The position numbers and the translations under genes are program-made. A stretch of DNA of 64,000 nt from the human T2T-CHM13v2.0 reference genome, Homo sapiens: NCBI RefSeq assembly GCF_009914755.1, contig NC_060931.1. One strand, written 5' to 3'. This document shows positions 16,024 through 29,589 of the stretch, piece by piece. The first letter of the stretch is position 1; every line of letters starts with the position of its first letter. Under the pieces are notes generated by a model. That model did no database searches. It saw only the letters and a list, made by a program, of their open reading frames with translations, and was not told the origin of the DNA.

Positions 16024-17089
16024 TAGCTGGGCTTCGGGGTCAGCTCCAGGCTTCCTGCAGCGGCCACCCTGTGCCCCCAGCCCGCTGCGTCCTCTTCCCA
16101 GCAGCTCCTCCCCTCCCTGCTTGCTCAGCACTCGGCTTCCACAGGCCACATCTATTTTTCTTGCAAATCAGAAAATGTGGGTACAGTGTTTTTAACTTTT
16201 GAAATTTTAGATTTTGAGATCTCACCTGACATTGAGAGACACTGGCTCTCTCAGGCAGTCCACTGCACATGGAGATGTCTTACTACTCAGCAAAAAGGAG
16301 GAGGGGGCTACAGTGTACACTTAAATTAAAAACCAACCTAACACGTTGCTTGCGAACTTTAACAAATAATACATTGGTTCCTTTGGTTCCCACAGGGTAG
16401 GAAAAGAAAATGCTGTTGAAATTATTTTATTTGAAAGAAATGCCATGTTGTATTTATTGTTTCCTCAGTATTGCAAGTTAAAAATCTCATGGATTTATTT
16501 AGGATCATCCATCTAAGTGCAGTGCAAAAGGTTCTGCATAAATGGAGTTCTGTCATTGCATCATTAAAAGTAAAAATGATCAAAATAATAAAAGGCATTT
16601 AAAAATGCATCATTCTTTAATACAAAGCCTTGGTCAGCATTCAGGGAAGTTTATGTAAAGCTATATAATATTTTGCTTTTAAGACTCCATAAAGATGTTA
16701 TAAACTAGGGGCCATAGTTTCCATGGATTTTTGATATATTCAACTTAATTTTTTCATTCTATAAATTTATTCTAATATATAAAGTGATTGCTACTTTTCG
16801 TTATTTTTACAGCGACTTGGCCCCTTTTAAGCTGAGGGAACTGACCTTATGTGTCAATTTCCAGGGGAAGATGATGGCCATCAGGAGTAAAAGGAGTGCT
16901 CAATAAGGATGTAGGTGTTATACTGAACAAGAAGGACTTAGCGGGTGTCATAATTTTAAAGTAAATAGTTTTTATTCCTGTCTCCCACTGCTCCTTCAAG
17001 ATGCTCTCGTTATGCTAGTCCTTCCCTGACCTTTTGAGGGAAGTCTCTAGCAGGTACCATTTACCTTTTTGTAAAAAAGAAAAAAAAAA

Positions 17090-20000
17090 GTAAACTTTTA
17101 ATTTTAAATAATTTTAGATTTACAGAAGAGTTGCAAAGTTAGCACAGAAGGTTCCCATATACCCTTCTTTCAGTTTCCTGTAACATTAACTTTGTATATA
17201 ACCATAATAAATTTATCAAAATGAACAAATTAACATTGGTACATTACCATTAACCAAACTACAGAGTTTATGTAGATTTTACCCATTTTTCCACTAATGT
17301 TTTTTGTCTGTTGCAGTATCCACTCCAAGGCATCATGTTGCATTTAGTTGTTTTATGTTCTTAGTCTTCTCCAAAATGCATAATAACAGTTTCTCATCCC
17401 TTCCTTGTTTTTTATGACCTTGATACTTTGGAAGGGTACTGGTCAGTTATTTTGCAGAGATTATTTGATTGGTATTGTATTAAACTATAGATCAAATTGG
17501 ACGAAGTTGACATCTTCACAACATTGATCTACCAGTCCACGAACATGCTGTACCTCTCTGTTTATTTCGGTCATCTGATCTTTTTCATCAGCATTTTGTA
17601 GTGTTTAGCAGATAGATCCTGCACATATGTCAATAGATTTATACCTAAGTATTTCTTGACTTTTTTTTTTTTTGGTGCTAGTGTAAATGGTAGTTTTGGG
17701 TTTTTTAATCTTTCCCCCAAATTCCCATTGTTCATTGCTGGTATATAATACAATTGGTCCTTACATATTGACCTTTTATCTCGCCATCTTGCTAAACTCA
17801 TTTATTATTTACAGAAGATTTTTTCACAGATTCTGTGGGAGTTTCTACATAGACAATCACTTCATCTGTGAATAGAGAGAATTGTATTTCTTCCTCTCGA
17901 ATCTGTATTGCCTTGTTGCACTGGTTAGGACTGAATAGACTGTAGTACAGGGGATGTGTCTTAGTCCATTTGTGTTACTGTAAAGGAATACGTGAGGCTG
18001 GGTGATTTATAAAGAAAAGAGGTTTATTTGGCTCATGGTTCTGTAGGCTGTGCAGGAAGCACGGTGCCAGCCTCTGCTCAGCTTTTGGAGAAGACCTCAG
18101 GCTGCTTCCATTCATTGTGGAAAGTAAAGGAGAGCCTGTGTGCAGAGATCCCAGGGCAAGAGCAGAAGCAAGTAGCGGGGAGGCGCCAGACTCCCTTTAA
18201 CAATCAGCCCTCCCAGGAACTAAGTATAGTGAATGACCAACCCTTTCGTGAGGGATCTGCCCCCATGACCCCAACGCCACCCACCAGGCCCCACCTCCAA
18301 CACTGGGGATCAAATTACAGCATGAGATTTGGAGGGGACAAATGTCCAGATTTTATCAGAGTGGTTAGAAAAAACCACCTCTCCTTATTCCTGATCTTAA
18401 GGGAAAAAGCCATTATCTTTTACCATTAAATCTGATGTTAGCTATATGTATTTTGTGGATGTCCCATATTTGGTTAAGGAAGTTCCCTTCAATTTCTCAT
18501 TTTCTGGGAGTTTTTGTTATGAACTTTCTCAAATCTTTTCTTGCATCTATTGAGATGATCATTTGTTTTGTTTTTTCTTATTTAGTCTGTTAATTTGGTG
18601 AATTGCATAGATTGGTGAACTTACCTTACAATCCTTGGATGAATCCCAATTGGTAATAATATGTTATTCTTTCGTGTACTTTTATATATTTCTGGATTCA
18701 TTTTACTAACATTTCGGTGAGAATGTTTATATTCTCTATTCATGAGAGTTATTCATCCATAGTTACGTTTGCTTGTGATGTGTTTATCTAGCTTTGGTAT
18801 TAGGGTAAATGCTAGTCTCATAAAATGAGAAGTATTCCCTTCTCTTTTATTTTCTGTAAGATATCGTATAGAGTTGTTATGTTCGGAAGATTTAACTAGT
18901 GACACTGAGTCTGGAGTTTTATTTTATTTTGTTTTTAAAGGTTTCACTATAAATACAATTTTGTTAATACATATAAGACTATTCAGGTTGTTTTTCTTCT
19001 TAAGTGAGTTTTTGTAGCCTTTTTTCCCAAGGAATTAGTTCATGTCATCTAAGTTGTTGAATTTATGGTCATAGGATTGTTTTTGGTATCTTTTTTTTTT
19101 TTTTTACATATGTGATATCAGCAGTGATACCATATTCCACTCGAATATTGTAGTTGTGCCTTCTCTTTTTTCTTAATTAGCCTGCCTAGAAATTTACTGC
19201 TTTTATTGAAATTTTCAAAGAGTAGCTTTTGGTTTCACTGATTTAATGCCTTTTTTCTGAAAACTTTCATCATGGATGCTATAGAGTTCACAATATACAT
19301 TTAAAAATCTGAATCTACCTCCACATAATGCTATGCTGCTTCACACGGAGTATAAGGACCTTATAACAGTGTATTTCTAATTCCCCTCTCCCATTCCTTC
19401 TACTATTATTGTCATACATTTTACTTTTACATACAGTATCAACACACCAGATATTTTTACTATTACAGCTTTAACCAGTCAGTAATCTTTTAGAGAACTT
19501 AAAAATAAATAATTTTAATTTACCTTCCTTTATTCCATTTATGATGCTTTTCATGTCTTCGTATTTATCCCAGTCTCTGACCTATATCATACTCCTTTTG
19601 CCTGAAGAATTTTCTTTAATGTTTCATGAAGAGTATGTCTACTGGCAGTAAATTCCATGAGATTTGTTTTTGTCTGAAAAGTCTTTCTTTCTCCTTCACT
19701 TTTAGAGGATATTTTTACTGGGTGTAGAATCCTGTATTGAGATGTTTTTCTTTAAACATTTGATGTAATTCCACTGTTTTCTTGTTTGCATGAGTTCTGC
19801 CAAGAAGTCTGCTATATTTCTTATCTTGCTCCTCTGTAGGCAATATGTCTTTTTTTCCTCTGGCTTCCTTAAATATTTTTTATTTGTCCCTTCTTTTTCA
19901 GTAGTTTGAATATCATAACTAGATGTAGAGTTTGTGTTTTGTTTTGTTTTGTTTTGCTGCTTGATGTCCTCTAAGCTTTGATGATTTGGTGTCTGTCACT

Positions 20001-21865
20001 AATTTTGGAAAATCCTAGCCCATTATTTTTTCAGCCATTTCTTCTGTCCCTTCTGTTTTTCTTTCTGATTTTATAATTCCAATTATGTATATGTTAGGCT
20101 GTTTGATATTCTTCCACAGTGCTTGCATGCTCCATTTAGTTTTGTTTGCCTTGTTTTTTCTCTTTGCATTTCAGATTGATTAATTCCTATTGACCCATCT
20201 TCAAGTTCAGTAGTCTTTTCAAGTCTGCTCATGAGCCCATCAAAAGCATTTTTAATCTAAATACTGTTTTTCTGATTTCTATCATTTCCATTTAATTCTT
20301 TTTCACTTAATTATTTTTATAGTTTCCATTTTTGTGTGAAATTACCCGTCTGATCCTATATGTTATTTACTATTAGAGCCTTTAACATATTAGCTATAGT
20401 TGTTTTAAATTCTTTGTCTGATAGGTCCAAGATACATGTCATGTCTGAGTCTTCTTCTGATCATTGTTTTGTCTCTTTGTGGAGTATTTTTCCTTGCTTT
20501 TTTTCATATGCCTCATAATAGTTTTGTTGTTGTTGAAAGCCTGTTATGTCATATAATAGGACAGTAGACACTGAGGTCAATATTTTGTGTGGTTGGAGAT
20601 GAGCATGCTTTTCTTTCCACTGGGCCATTAATATGAAGGTTTTTGTTCGTTTGGTCAGAGATTTGGCTAGGTTTAAAGTTTATCATTGCCATGGTTACCC
20701 TCATTCTACTCGAGGCCTAAGTTTCTCTAGTGGAATCATGTGTTCATAGCATGGGATAATTTTTCAGACTTGTCTCCGTATCTGCTCCCCATTTGTCTTT
20801 TGAGTTTCCCTGACTTGACTTTGAGTCTTCTCTTTGCACTGGTCCCCTCAGGGAATCTGCTTCTTGCAGCTCCCCTGCTGTATCCTTCAATTATGTTTGC
20901 TTAGTGCTTTTGAGTGTGTGCAGGTCATGTGTGTGCAGGGATTGAGGGCATTCTTTTCTGTTCTGATTAAGCCTCAGGCTTAGGCAGGTGCCTGTGAATC
21001 TGGGGCCTGAGGCTGTAGTCCTGACAAGTGTTCCTGCTCCTTCCCTACCTGTCATGCTGGGCCTAGCATATATTCCCGCCTCCCTTCCAGGGGTAGAACT
21101 CCTTCTCCACCCCCGTTCCCCTGCCCTATCTGCAGTGCGATCCCACCCCTGCCCTCATGCTACAGTTTTTGTTTTGTTTTTTGCTCTTTCTCCTGCATAG
21201 TAAGGCTTTCATTCCTTAGGGAAGATGGGGGTGATGAGTGTGTGCAGAGTTTGGTGGTAGCTACCATTTCTTTCTGACCACAGTAAGATTCTAGCAGTGC
21301 CTTAAAGCTTTAGTTTTTTGTCCTTCACCCTATAGATTAAAGCTTTTGTTCTTCCAGGAACATAGGGGAGATACGTCTCAGGAGAGTTTTGGCAGAGGTG
21401 CCTGTTCTTCCCCCACATCCAGCACCAAGTGGGGGAAGCTGTCTTAGGTTTCTCATTGAGCTGCCCTGAGAGCACCCTTTAGGGTTCCTGGAGGAAAATC
21501 CTACTCTAGGCTCTTAACCCCTTTATGTCCTGGTCTGTGGGGCTTTATACACGCTCACTAGCCCATACTTGGCCTTAGGCAGTTTATTCAGACTTCTAGT
21601 TGAATCTTCCTATGGGCTTATAGTGAGTTCAAGGTGTCTGTCCCAGATAAGCAAATGGTTGGGTCTGTTTCTCCCTGGAAATGTCTATCTCTTTCTGGAT
21701 TTTCTAGGTTTTGAGTTAGTTTTTTCCCTGTACCCTTGGTTCTCTGACAGAGTCAAGAAAAGTCATTAGTCTGCACTTCGTCCAGCATTTTTCCTGTGGT
21801 AAGAGTGAGAGCAATGTTCTTTCCAGCTCTCTACCTCTAGGAGCTGAAAGCACAAGTTTGCTGTA
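17090..21865 (-). mobile_element. Old L1M (L1MC/L1MD-like) composite: 3' UTR, ORF2, ORF1 and 5' UTR remnants
   Basis: TTTTAGATTTACAGAAGAGTTGCAAAG 3' end; T-rich ORF2 complement (GCATCTATTGAGATGATCAT); 5' end CCAGCTCTCTACCTCTAGGAGCTGAAAG. Confidence 0.8.
17957..18358 (-). mobile_element. MSTB-like MaLR solo LTR nested in L1
   Basis: TGTCTTAGTCCATTTGTG...GGCCCCACCTCCAACACTGGGGATC...CATGAGATTTGGAGGGGAC. Confidence 0.88.
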
Positions 21866-21869
21866 GCCA

Positions 21870-22900
21870 GTTTCTGCCACTTACCTTTTAAGTCACTCTC
21901 AGAAAACCAAATCGTTCTTTAGTTCCTTTAATACCCAAGATAATCCCCAGATCACAAATTAAACTGTTTAGTCCCACATAGAGGAAAGGCTCTCGGAGCG
22001 AGTTTTTGCCTCTCCTATGCAATCGTGTGTCAAGCTGGCTCTCTGCAGTGGGAAAGGGGCTGTGGTAGGCGTCCCCTCTTTATCCCCACTTCAGCTTCTT
22101 CTCCATCTCTCTCAGCTCTATGGGTTCCACGGAACCCTCCCAGTTTGTAGATGTAGAGACTCGGGTAGGAAAGATTGGCAAAAACTGGGGTGTGGGCAGG
22201 GATCTAAAGGAAGGAGACAGAAAGTTCAGACTTGACCAGTACTTTCTGGAACTAGCAGAGGTGGTTGGTTATAGGTGGTGTTCTCTTGTTAGACTCTTTG
22301 TGGATACCCCTGAAACCCCTATATCCTTGGGAATCTCCACCTTCAGGCCCCTTAATATGTAAGAGTGTACCACCTGCAGCTGGTAGGTCCTGGTGTCCCC
22401 TCCTTAACTCCTACCATCAGGGGCTACACTTCCAGCTTCTTTGTTCTCTCACTTGCCTGGCAGTTCTCTTGAGCAAAGTCTAAGACACTGTTTCTCACAC
22501 AATGTGGGGGAAAGTTTTGCTTGGTAGCCTCTTGCCATAGGTGGTGGAAGTATGTCATTCCAATCCACCGCTCTTCCACTGCAGGTGCTCTGGCCAGAAC
22601 TGCTGTGGTGTGAGTCAGGCACTAGTCTGCTGTTTCCCTCCAAATTGCCGGGGACACATCCAGACTCTCCCAGTGTCCTCCTGAAGTCCTCACGCTTGAC
22701 TTGAAGTGAAGTAGGGTAGGGGCTGAACTCCCAGCATCCTGGCAACTTTGTTCAAAGTATTTCTCCTAATTTCCAGCTTTTTGGGCAGCATTTTCCCCAG
22801 TCTTCTTTGGGGTAGAAATGTGTGACCAGCTAAAGTTTGCAAAACAAGTTTTTGACATCCAATGCTGCAGGTCCTGTTTTGAGGACCTTCTACCATGGGA
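21870..22900 (-). mobile_element. Probable ancient LTR remnant (family not assigned)
   Basis: LTR-like composition and TTTAAT poly-A-signal complement near the left end; no diagnostic motif recognised. Confidence 0.3.
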
Positions 22901-23564
22901 TGTGGAAAGAATCATCACATCAACTTCTTGGGACCTCAATATAAACTAAGCCAGGAAGAATTCAATATTTAAATCTTTTTGTCCTCATTCTCCTAAAATG
23001 AACAGATGCTTTTAGAAACTGGTTCTAGGAAGTACTTTTTCTCTGGGTATTATTTTTATAATTTTAAAATGTAAAAACAGGCATTGAGAACTCATAACAT
23101 CTTAAGATATTTAGAGTTTAAGATATTGAAAATTACATTTCATATTTCAAAACCTAAAATACAATACTATAGTAGACCTTAAGTGGCCAAATGAAAGATG
23201 TTTTTGGAGAGGAATGGATACTTACTGTCTTTTCTTTTGACACAGTGGCACTTTTAATCAAGATAAGTGACCAGGCTTCCATGTGAAGTCTCTAGAGCTA
23301 AGGTAGGAGATACTAGTTGGGCTGGATTCACCAAATGTTAGCATTTTAACACAGCTCTATCAGACTTCACACAGGGGCCCCAAAATAATTTTTGTGTAAT
23401 TGAATTATGTCCATTTTAATAGGGATTTTCTTTTTAAACGAATTCTACTTTGTTCTTTTCTTAAAGCAAAGACTTTTATGCTAAGATAAATACCTTCTGT
23501 CCCTCTGCCCCTCTCCCATATTTCCTTTGTATAAATCTTCATTCTTACATTCAGAGGTGACGTG

Positions 23565-23900
23565 GGCATAGTTGAAAGGTCACAGTTAAAAGCTCTAGCT
23601 TCAGAACCAGAGAGGCATGGATACAAATTCTGGCTAGGAACAGACCCCAATCCATTGGAATGAATAAACAACTCATCAGAGTGGCCACTTGGTCTTTCAG
23701 TCCCTAAACCCTCCTGGCCCATGGCAGCTGAGCGTTGCCCCTGTTTTTTCCATGCATTGGAGAGTCCGCCTCTCTGAGCTATGTTTCCTCCACACTTGAG
23801 GCCAATAATCATCTTGCAGAGTTGTTAGGAGGATCAACTGAGGGACCAACTGAGGTTCCTTGCACATAGTAGGCCCTCAGCAGAAAGTAGCTGCTATGAC
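23565..23900 (+). mobile_element. MIR fragments
   Basis: TCTGAGCTATGTTTCCTC...GAGTTGTTAGGAGGATCAA...CACATAGTAGGCCCTCAG. Confidence 0.6.
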
Positions 23901-24084
23901 ATTGTTAAACGTTCGACATCTCAAAGAGAGAACAACCGTGTTCCCTCTCCACCCCACAGTTCAGTGTGCCCAGCTTGGAAACTCACATCTTTTTGGGGAT
24001 TAGTTAATTGATTGGAGATATGAACTGTATCTAGTGGAGGCATGTCTTTATCTTCTAGAGAAAAATCTTTAGATGGTTTATCCC

Positions 24085-24700
24085 TTTTAACTTTGGTTAT
24101 AAAAGTATTAAAAAAGAATACACAAAAGATCTGAAAAAGAAACAAAATCATCTGTAATCCTATCACACAGAGTTAACCACTGTTAACTTTTAAAGCATAT
24201 CTTTTCAAACTTTTTTTTCTATGAAAATATGGAGATTCGTATAAGACGGGGTATCATCCTAAAGTCAATGTGGATAACCCCTTTCACTCAGTGCTCTATC
24301 ACAGACATGTTTTCATGTCAGCAATTAACACCTTCATAGAATGCCATGATATGGATTTTCTAAATGTATTTAGCCATCAATGGAATTTAGGTTACTTGCA
24401 GTGAACTGCAGTGAACTGCCTTACACATAAGTCTTTTAATACATACACAGCTGTTTCCTTAGAGTACATTCGTTGAAGTAAATTTGCTGGAACAGAGGGA
24501 ATGCCTATTTTAAATAATGAGACATATCACCACATTCACTTTGGAAAGGCTGTTCTAAGTTGTACATACTCCCATTAAAGCATATGTAATGTCCCTGTCT
24601 CTGCATTTAAAAGCTCTTGAATAAAACATTTTTATAGTCTTTGATAAATGAGAGAAGTTTCTCCCCAAAATCAAACAGTATCTTTTCAATTTTTTTTTCA
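24085..24700 (-). mobile_element. L1ME4-like 3' end
   Basis: AAAATCATCTGTAATCCTATCACACAGAGTTAACCACTGTTAAC. Confidence 0.65.
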
Positions 24701-24748
24701 TATTAAAAGAGAAAAACTCAGTTGTTTAAAAAATAAATAAAGGCTTTT

Positions 24749-25070
<322 letters not shown>

Positions 25071-26617
25071 TTAACCACAAACGAAGTTCTCTTGTCATGA
25101 CAACTATTAACACTGTATTTATCGGAATTGGTGAAATCTTAAATATCATCTCATATAATCCTCTCTCTTTGTAGATGAGCAAAGTTAGATCAGCACTTAG
25201 AGGGTTCGAAGAGGAAGAGTCTCCTCTGTTTCTGTTATCTCTTTTCTTCTCACCCACCTTCTCATATTCAAATAATCATCTTTTTTTTAATTCCTAGAGG
25301 AAATATTATTTTTCTCCTAATATCAGGGCAGCCCTGTGACATTTAAAATTCTTTTATTGGAAGTCTAACATGCATACACAAAAGTATACAAATCTCAACT
25401 GAATGAACTATCACAAAGTAAAAGCCTGTGTAATCGCCACTCAGGTCAAGATAAAAAAAAATTTTAATTAACATTTGCTAATACAGATGATCATAATGAA
25501 AAATGTAAAATTGCTGTGACAGTCTCTTGGACTACAACTTCTATATCCGACAGTCAGTAATTTCTTGGGAGAAGGTACCCAGTTGGTCTCCCCACCTTTA
25601 CGATTATACTTCTCTGGGGGACAATCTGTAATATTCTGTGTGCGGTAACTTGCATAGTTTTAAAACGATCCACACCACTGAATATTCTTACTATTCGTGA
25701 AGCCAAACCAAGCAGTTGTAAGGACAAAACATGGCGGCTGCAAGAGTGTGTGATTAGGATGACACCACTGTGGCCTAAAACCAAATGCTTTGGTACAAGT
25801 CAAAAATAAATGGTTTGGTTTCAAGTCACAATTTGGTATTACCCTTGCAGTTACTAGATGAAGGTGGAGGCAAACAACTGGGCGCTTTGCATCTGAGAAG
25901 TCTGCAGAGAGTGAGAAGTATTTGCTGCAGCCGCTGGGCTCAGCCACTTGCCCCTGATGTCAGAACTCCCTGGAGGCAGAGACCGCAGCACCCTGACTCC
26001 TGGACCCCACGCCCTTTTCAAGGGGCCAGGCTGTGCTTCAGAACCTTGGCAGAGAAGGTTCCAATTCTGTACCGGCTCCTGGCAGCCAGCCACGCTCCCG
26101 GTACTCAGCCTCACTCAGCCATTCGCTGCGTGTCCAGGATGGACACCCAGTTTAATCTTGTTGTTCAGTCAATAGCTTTTGCATTATCTTTCTTTTTGTG
26201 GTTAATGTACCATTTTTCTTCTTTTCTTCCCCTACACAAACACTGCCATGCCTGAAGTACTTCCCCTGCTTGTAGAGAAGTTATAGCCTGGGCTGTAGTG
26301 GAACAGTGCTCTGATTAAAGTGATTAAAACTATATACAGCATGCATAATTAACCTTTGCGCGGCTGTCACAGCAAGCTGATGCATGGAGCTGATACCATA
26401 TCTGTCTGTGGCAGGCGGCGTATGCTACATGACCATTTTTTTTTTCCTGCAGAATTTTAATCACTTGAGATAAAGAGCCAGGAGAGAGAGATCAAGGCTG
26501 TATTAATCTTCTCAATGGCTTTATAATTTCCCTTCTATTCTGCTGCTGGTAATCAAGAAAAATAATGCCGCCTTAATCCTGGATGCCAAGGTCAATCATC
26601 TCTGTGCCCTTTGATAG

Positions 26618-26857
26618 TAAGGATGTCATTATGAAAGGGTTTTTAATGAACATGAACATAATGCTCGCCGCACTCCTCAGGGAGATGGATGCGTTCTGCA
26701 ACTTCGGGATGGCCAGGTGGGCCTTCATTGCTGACAAAAATGATTTTAAAACATTAGCTCTATTAGAAATAAATCCCGAACAGCTGGTTGAGGTTGCAGA
26801 CCAGCCGTACCCAGCAGTGATTGAGAAATTCAGGAATGAGCTGCAGCAGGTCAACAG
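26618..26857 (+). CDS. Candidate unannotated coding exon (240 nt, phase 2-2), product unknown
   Basis: Acceptor CTCTGTGCCCTTTGATAG, donor AACAG/GTGAGA, open frame KDVIMKGFLMNMNIMLAALLREMDAFCNFGMARWAFIADKNDFKTLALLEINPEQLVEVADQPYPAVIEKFRNELQQVN; non-repetitive; not recognised as any known protein. Confidence 0.35.
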
Positions 26858-27052
26858 GTGAGAAGGGCCCAAGCCCTGATTAGCGGTTGGGCAACACAGC
26901 GAGAACCAGCACGGGGCGGGGGCCTTGGGTAGCCTCAGCAGCAGGAGCCCGGCCCGCGGCGCCAACACCAGCGCCTCTCTGGAGGGCTGCCAAGATCAAA
27001 AAAGTGCAGCGATGCGCAGATGCGTGGTGACATTTTAAAACAATGCCCTGGT

Positions 27053-27085
<33 letters not shown>

Positions 27086-27430
27086 ACATGCAGACAGGTG
27101 AAAAACAAAATCCTTTCAGCTCAAACGCACCTGAACTAAATCCCAGAGGGCTGAGTGCTGCTGTACCACTCCCTCCCGCTCTTACTTGGTTTTCCCAAAA
27201 ACACATTCCCCAGGTCGAGGTGGTGGAGCTGACCCAGCCTTCACTTCACTGAAAGACAAACCAGACGGGCTGAGAGCAGTTCCCGGGCCTCCAGAGGCTG
27301 CGGCTCGCACAGCTTTGCCGGCTGTGGTTATGAACTGTGATCTGACAGTGGAAGGCAGCACTTGTTAGGAAATCTTTATGTAGCATGGGTCACTTACCCT
27401 GGTGAAGGAAAGGCGAGGAAGGCGTCGAGT
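26660..27430. promoter_or_regulatory. Small CpG-enriched patch (orphan CpG-island-like) with GC box
   Basis: Local excess of CpG outside Alus, e.g. CACGGGGCGGGGG and CCCGGCCCGCGGCGCC, GCGATGCGCAGATGCG. Confidence 0.45.
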
Positions 27431-27581
27431 TCAGACTTCAAATACACATGAGGTACCTGGGATTAGGGGAAAGAAATGAGTAACAAGCCGCCCACTCACC
27501 CTTGAGAACAAAAGAAAAGAGAGACCTTCATCTCTGGTAGACAGGATTTTAATAAGATTTGGGAAAACACACAAACATTCT

Positions 27582-28240
27582 TTTTTTTTTAATCTTTATT
27601 TTTCATTTATTTTCTTCAGCTTTTAAGTTCCGGAGTGCTTGTGCATGAGGTGCAGGTTTGTTACGCAGGTAAACCTGTGCCATGGTGGTTTGCTACACGA
27701 ATCAACCCACCACCTAGGTATTAAGCCCAGCATGCATTAGTTATTCTTCCTGATGCTCTCCCTCCCCTACCCATGCAACAGGCCCCCCAGTGTGTGTTGT
27801 TCCCCCGCCATGTGTCCATGTATTCTCATCGTTCAGCTCCCACTTAGAAGTGAGAACATGAAGTGTTTGGTTTTCTGTTCCTGCGTTGGTTTTCTGAATA
27901 TAACGTCTTCCAGCTCCTTCTGCGTCCCTGCAAACGACAAGATTTCATTCCTTTTTGTGGCTGCATGGTATTCCATGGTGTATACGTAACACATTTTCTT
28001 CATCCATTCTATCATTGATGGACATTTGGGTTGACTCCATGTCTTTGCTATTGTGACTAGTGCTGCAATGAACATATGCATATGCGTGCATACATCTTTA
28101 TAACAGCATGATTTATATTCATTTGGTTATATAACCAGTAATAGGATTGCTGGGTCAAATGGTATTTCTGCTTCTAGATCTTTCAGGAATTACCACACTG
28201 TCTTCTACAATGGTTGAACTAATTTACATTCCCATCAACA
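27582..28240 (-). mobile_element. 5'-truncated L1PA (about PA8-13) 3' end
   Basis: ACCTAGGTATTAAGCCCAGCATGCATTAG; perfect 20-bp TSD GGAAAACACACAAACATTCT at 27562-27581 and 28241-28260. Confidence 0.95.
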
Positions 28241-28434
28241 GGAAAACACACAAACATTCTAAAGTGAGCCCTCACACCAGAATGGTTCCTATAAATGGTT
28301 CTTCTTTGTATGTCTTTTAAAATGCATTAGATTTACTTTCTCTCAAGTGGTTCATGGTACAGCTTCCCTTCACATTGAGGGATGGGCTACGGAAGCTTGG
28401 AGCTCTGTTCCCGGGAGGCTCCTGAATTACCAGC

Positions 28435-28794
28435 TATATTAGTCCATTTTCACGCTGCTGATAAAGACATACCTGAGACTGGGTAATTTATAAAGAAAAA
28501 GAGGTTTAATGGACTCACAGTTCCACATAGCTGGGGAGGCCTCACAATCATGGCGGAAGGCAAAAGGCACGTCTTACCTGGTGGCAGACAAGAGAGAAAC
28601 GAGAGCCAAGTGAAAGGGGAAACTCCTATAAAATCATCAGATCTTGTGAGACTTATTCACGACCACGAGAACAGTATGGGGGAAACTGCTCCATGATTCA
28701 GTTATCTCCCAGCCGGTCCCTCCAAAACACGTGGGAATTCTGGGAGCTACAATTCAAGATGAGATTTGGGTGGGGACACAGCCCAACCATATCA
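28435..28794 (-). mobile_element. THE1B-like solo LTR
   Basis: Canonical THE1 ends; TSD CCAGC/CCAGG. Confidence 0.93.
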
Positions 28795-29589
28795 CCAGGT
28801 GGGGGGTGGCTGTAGAGGCCCACTTGAAATGCCTTTCACTCCTGAGAATGCTGCAGGGAGGGCGACCTTGGATGGGCAGAGTCAAGGTCAATGCCGTATG
28901 AGCCAGGAGACCCTGATGCGGGAGGCCCCTCTTTCTCTTCAAGGGCTTTGCTCATTCTTCTCTCTTTTATCATCTGACCCCAAACACTGATTCTTTCCTT
29001 CTAGAATTTGTGTTTGGACTCAGTAAATACCTCCATTTGGATTCTACTCATTTAGAATGTATGATGATCTGACCTAGTCTGGGATGAAATTTACTCTTGT
29101 ACCATCTTTGAGAGAAGTGTACATGGAGCCAGTGTAGAATGTAAATAGCATTGTTGGAGCGTGTTTCACCTCCTTCCATGAACAAACTGTTTTTAAGGAC
29201 TTAGACACCGCTGTTGTCACTATTTACAAATGAGCCTTCTTTTTTTTTTTAAAAGCCAACTTGGCAGGGTCTCTCCTGGAAACCACTTTGTTAGCAATTC
29301 TCTTCACCAGTTAAAATGAAAACTGAATTATAAAAAATTCTATAATTTAGACATTCTCTGCTTCCTCTGAGTTACTCTATTGACGCAGAAAACAATTTAG
29401 TCATGCATACCTAAGAGATTGTTCTGGCTTTTTTCCCCTTCAAATGTAATTTAGGTAATGGAACATTTGCCCCGTTTCCATAGATCAGTTGAAGTGCTGG
29501 CTGGAAGGGCCGCCCAGATGTGATCCTCATAAGAAATTGGAACATAGGAACTGCCACACTGAGTTATTGGTGCAGTTTATGGAGCTCAG

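Noticed and set aside
25560-25810. 82-codon stop-free + frame with overlapping minus ORF
   Set aside because: No fitting splice sites or early ATG; random-looking Cys/Trp/Thr-rich peptide
26573-26968. 131-aa minus-strand ORF with signal-peptide-like start
   Set aside because: Starts at a non-ATG codon; Ser/Phe-rich composition fits the antisense shadow of the + strand frame better
26965-26990. CTCF-like sequence CAGCGCCTCTCTGGAGG
   Set aside because: Needs a 1-nt gap to fit CCASYAGRKGGCRS; other candidates (35972, 46313, 55793) match only part of the motif
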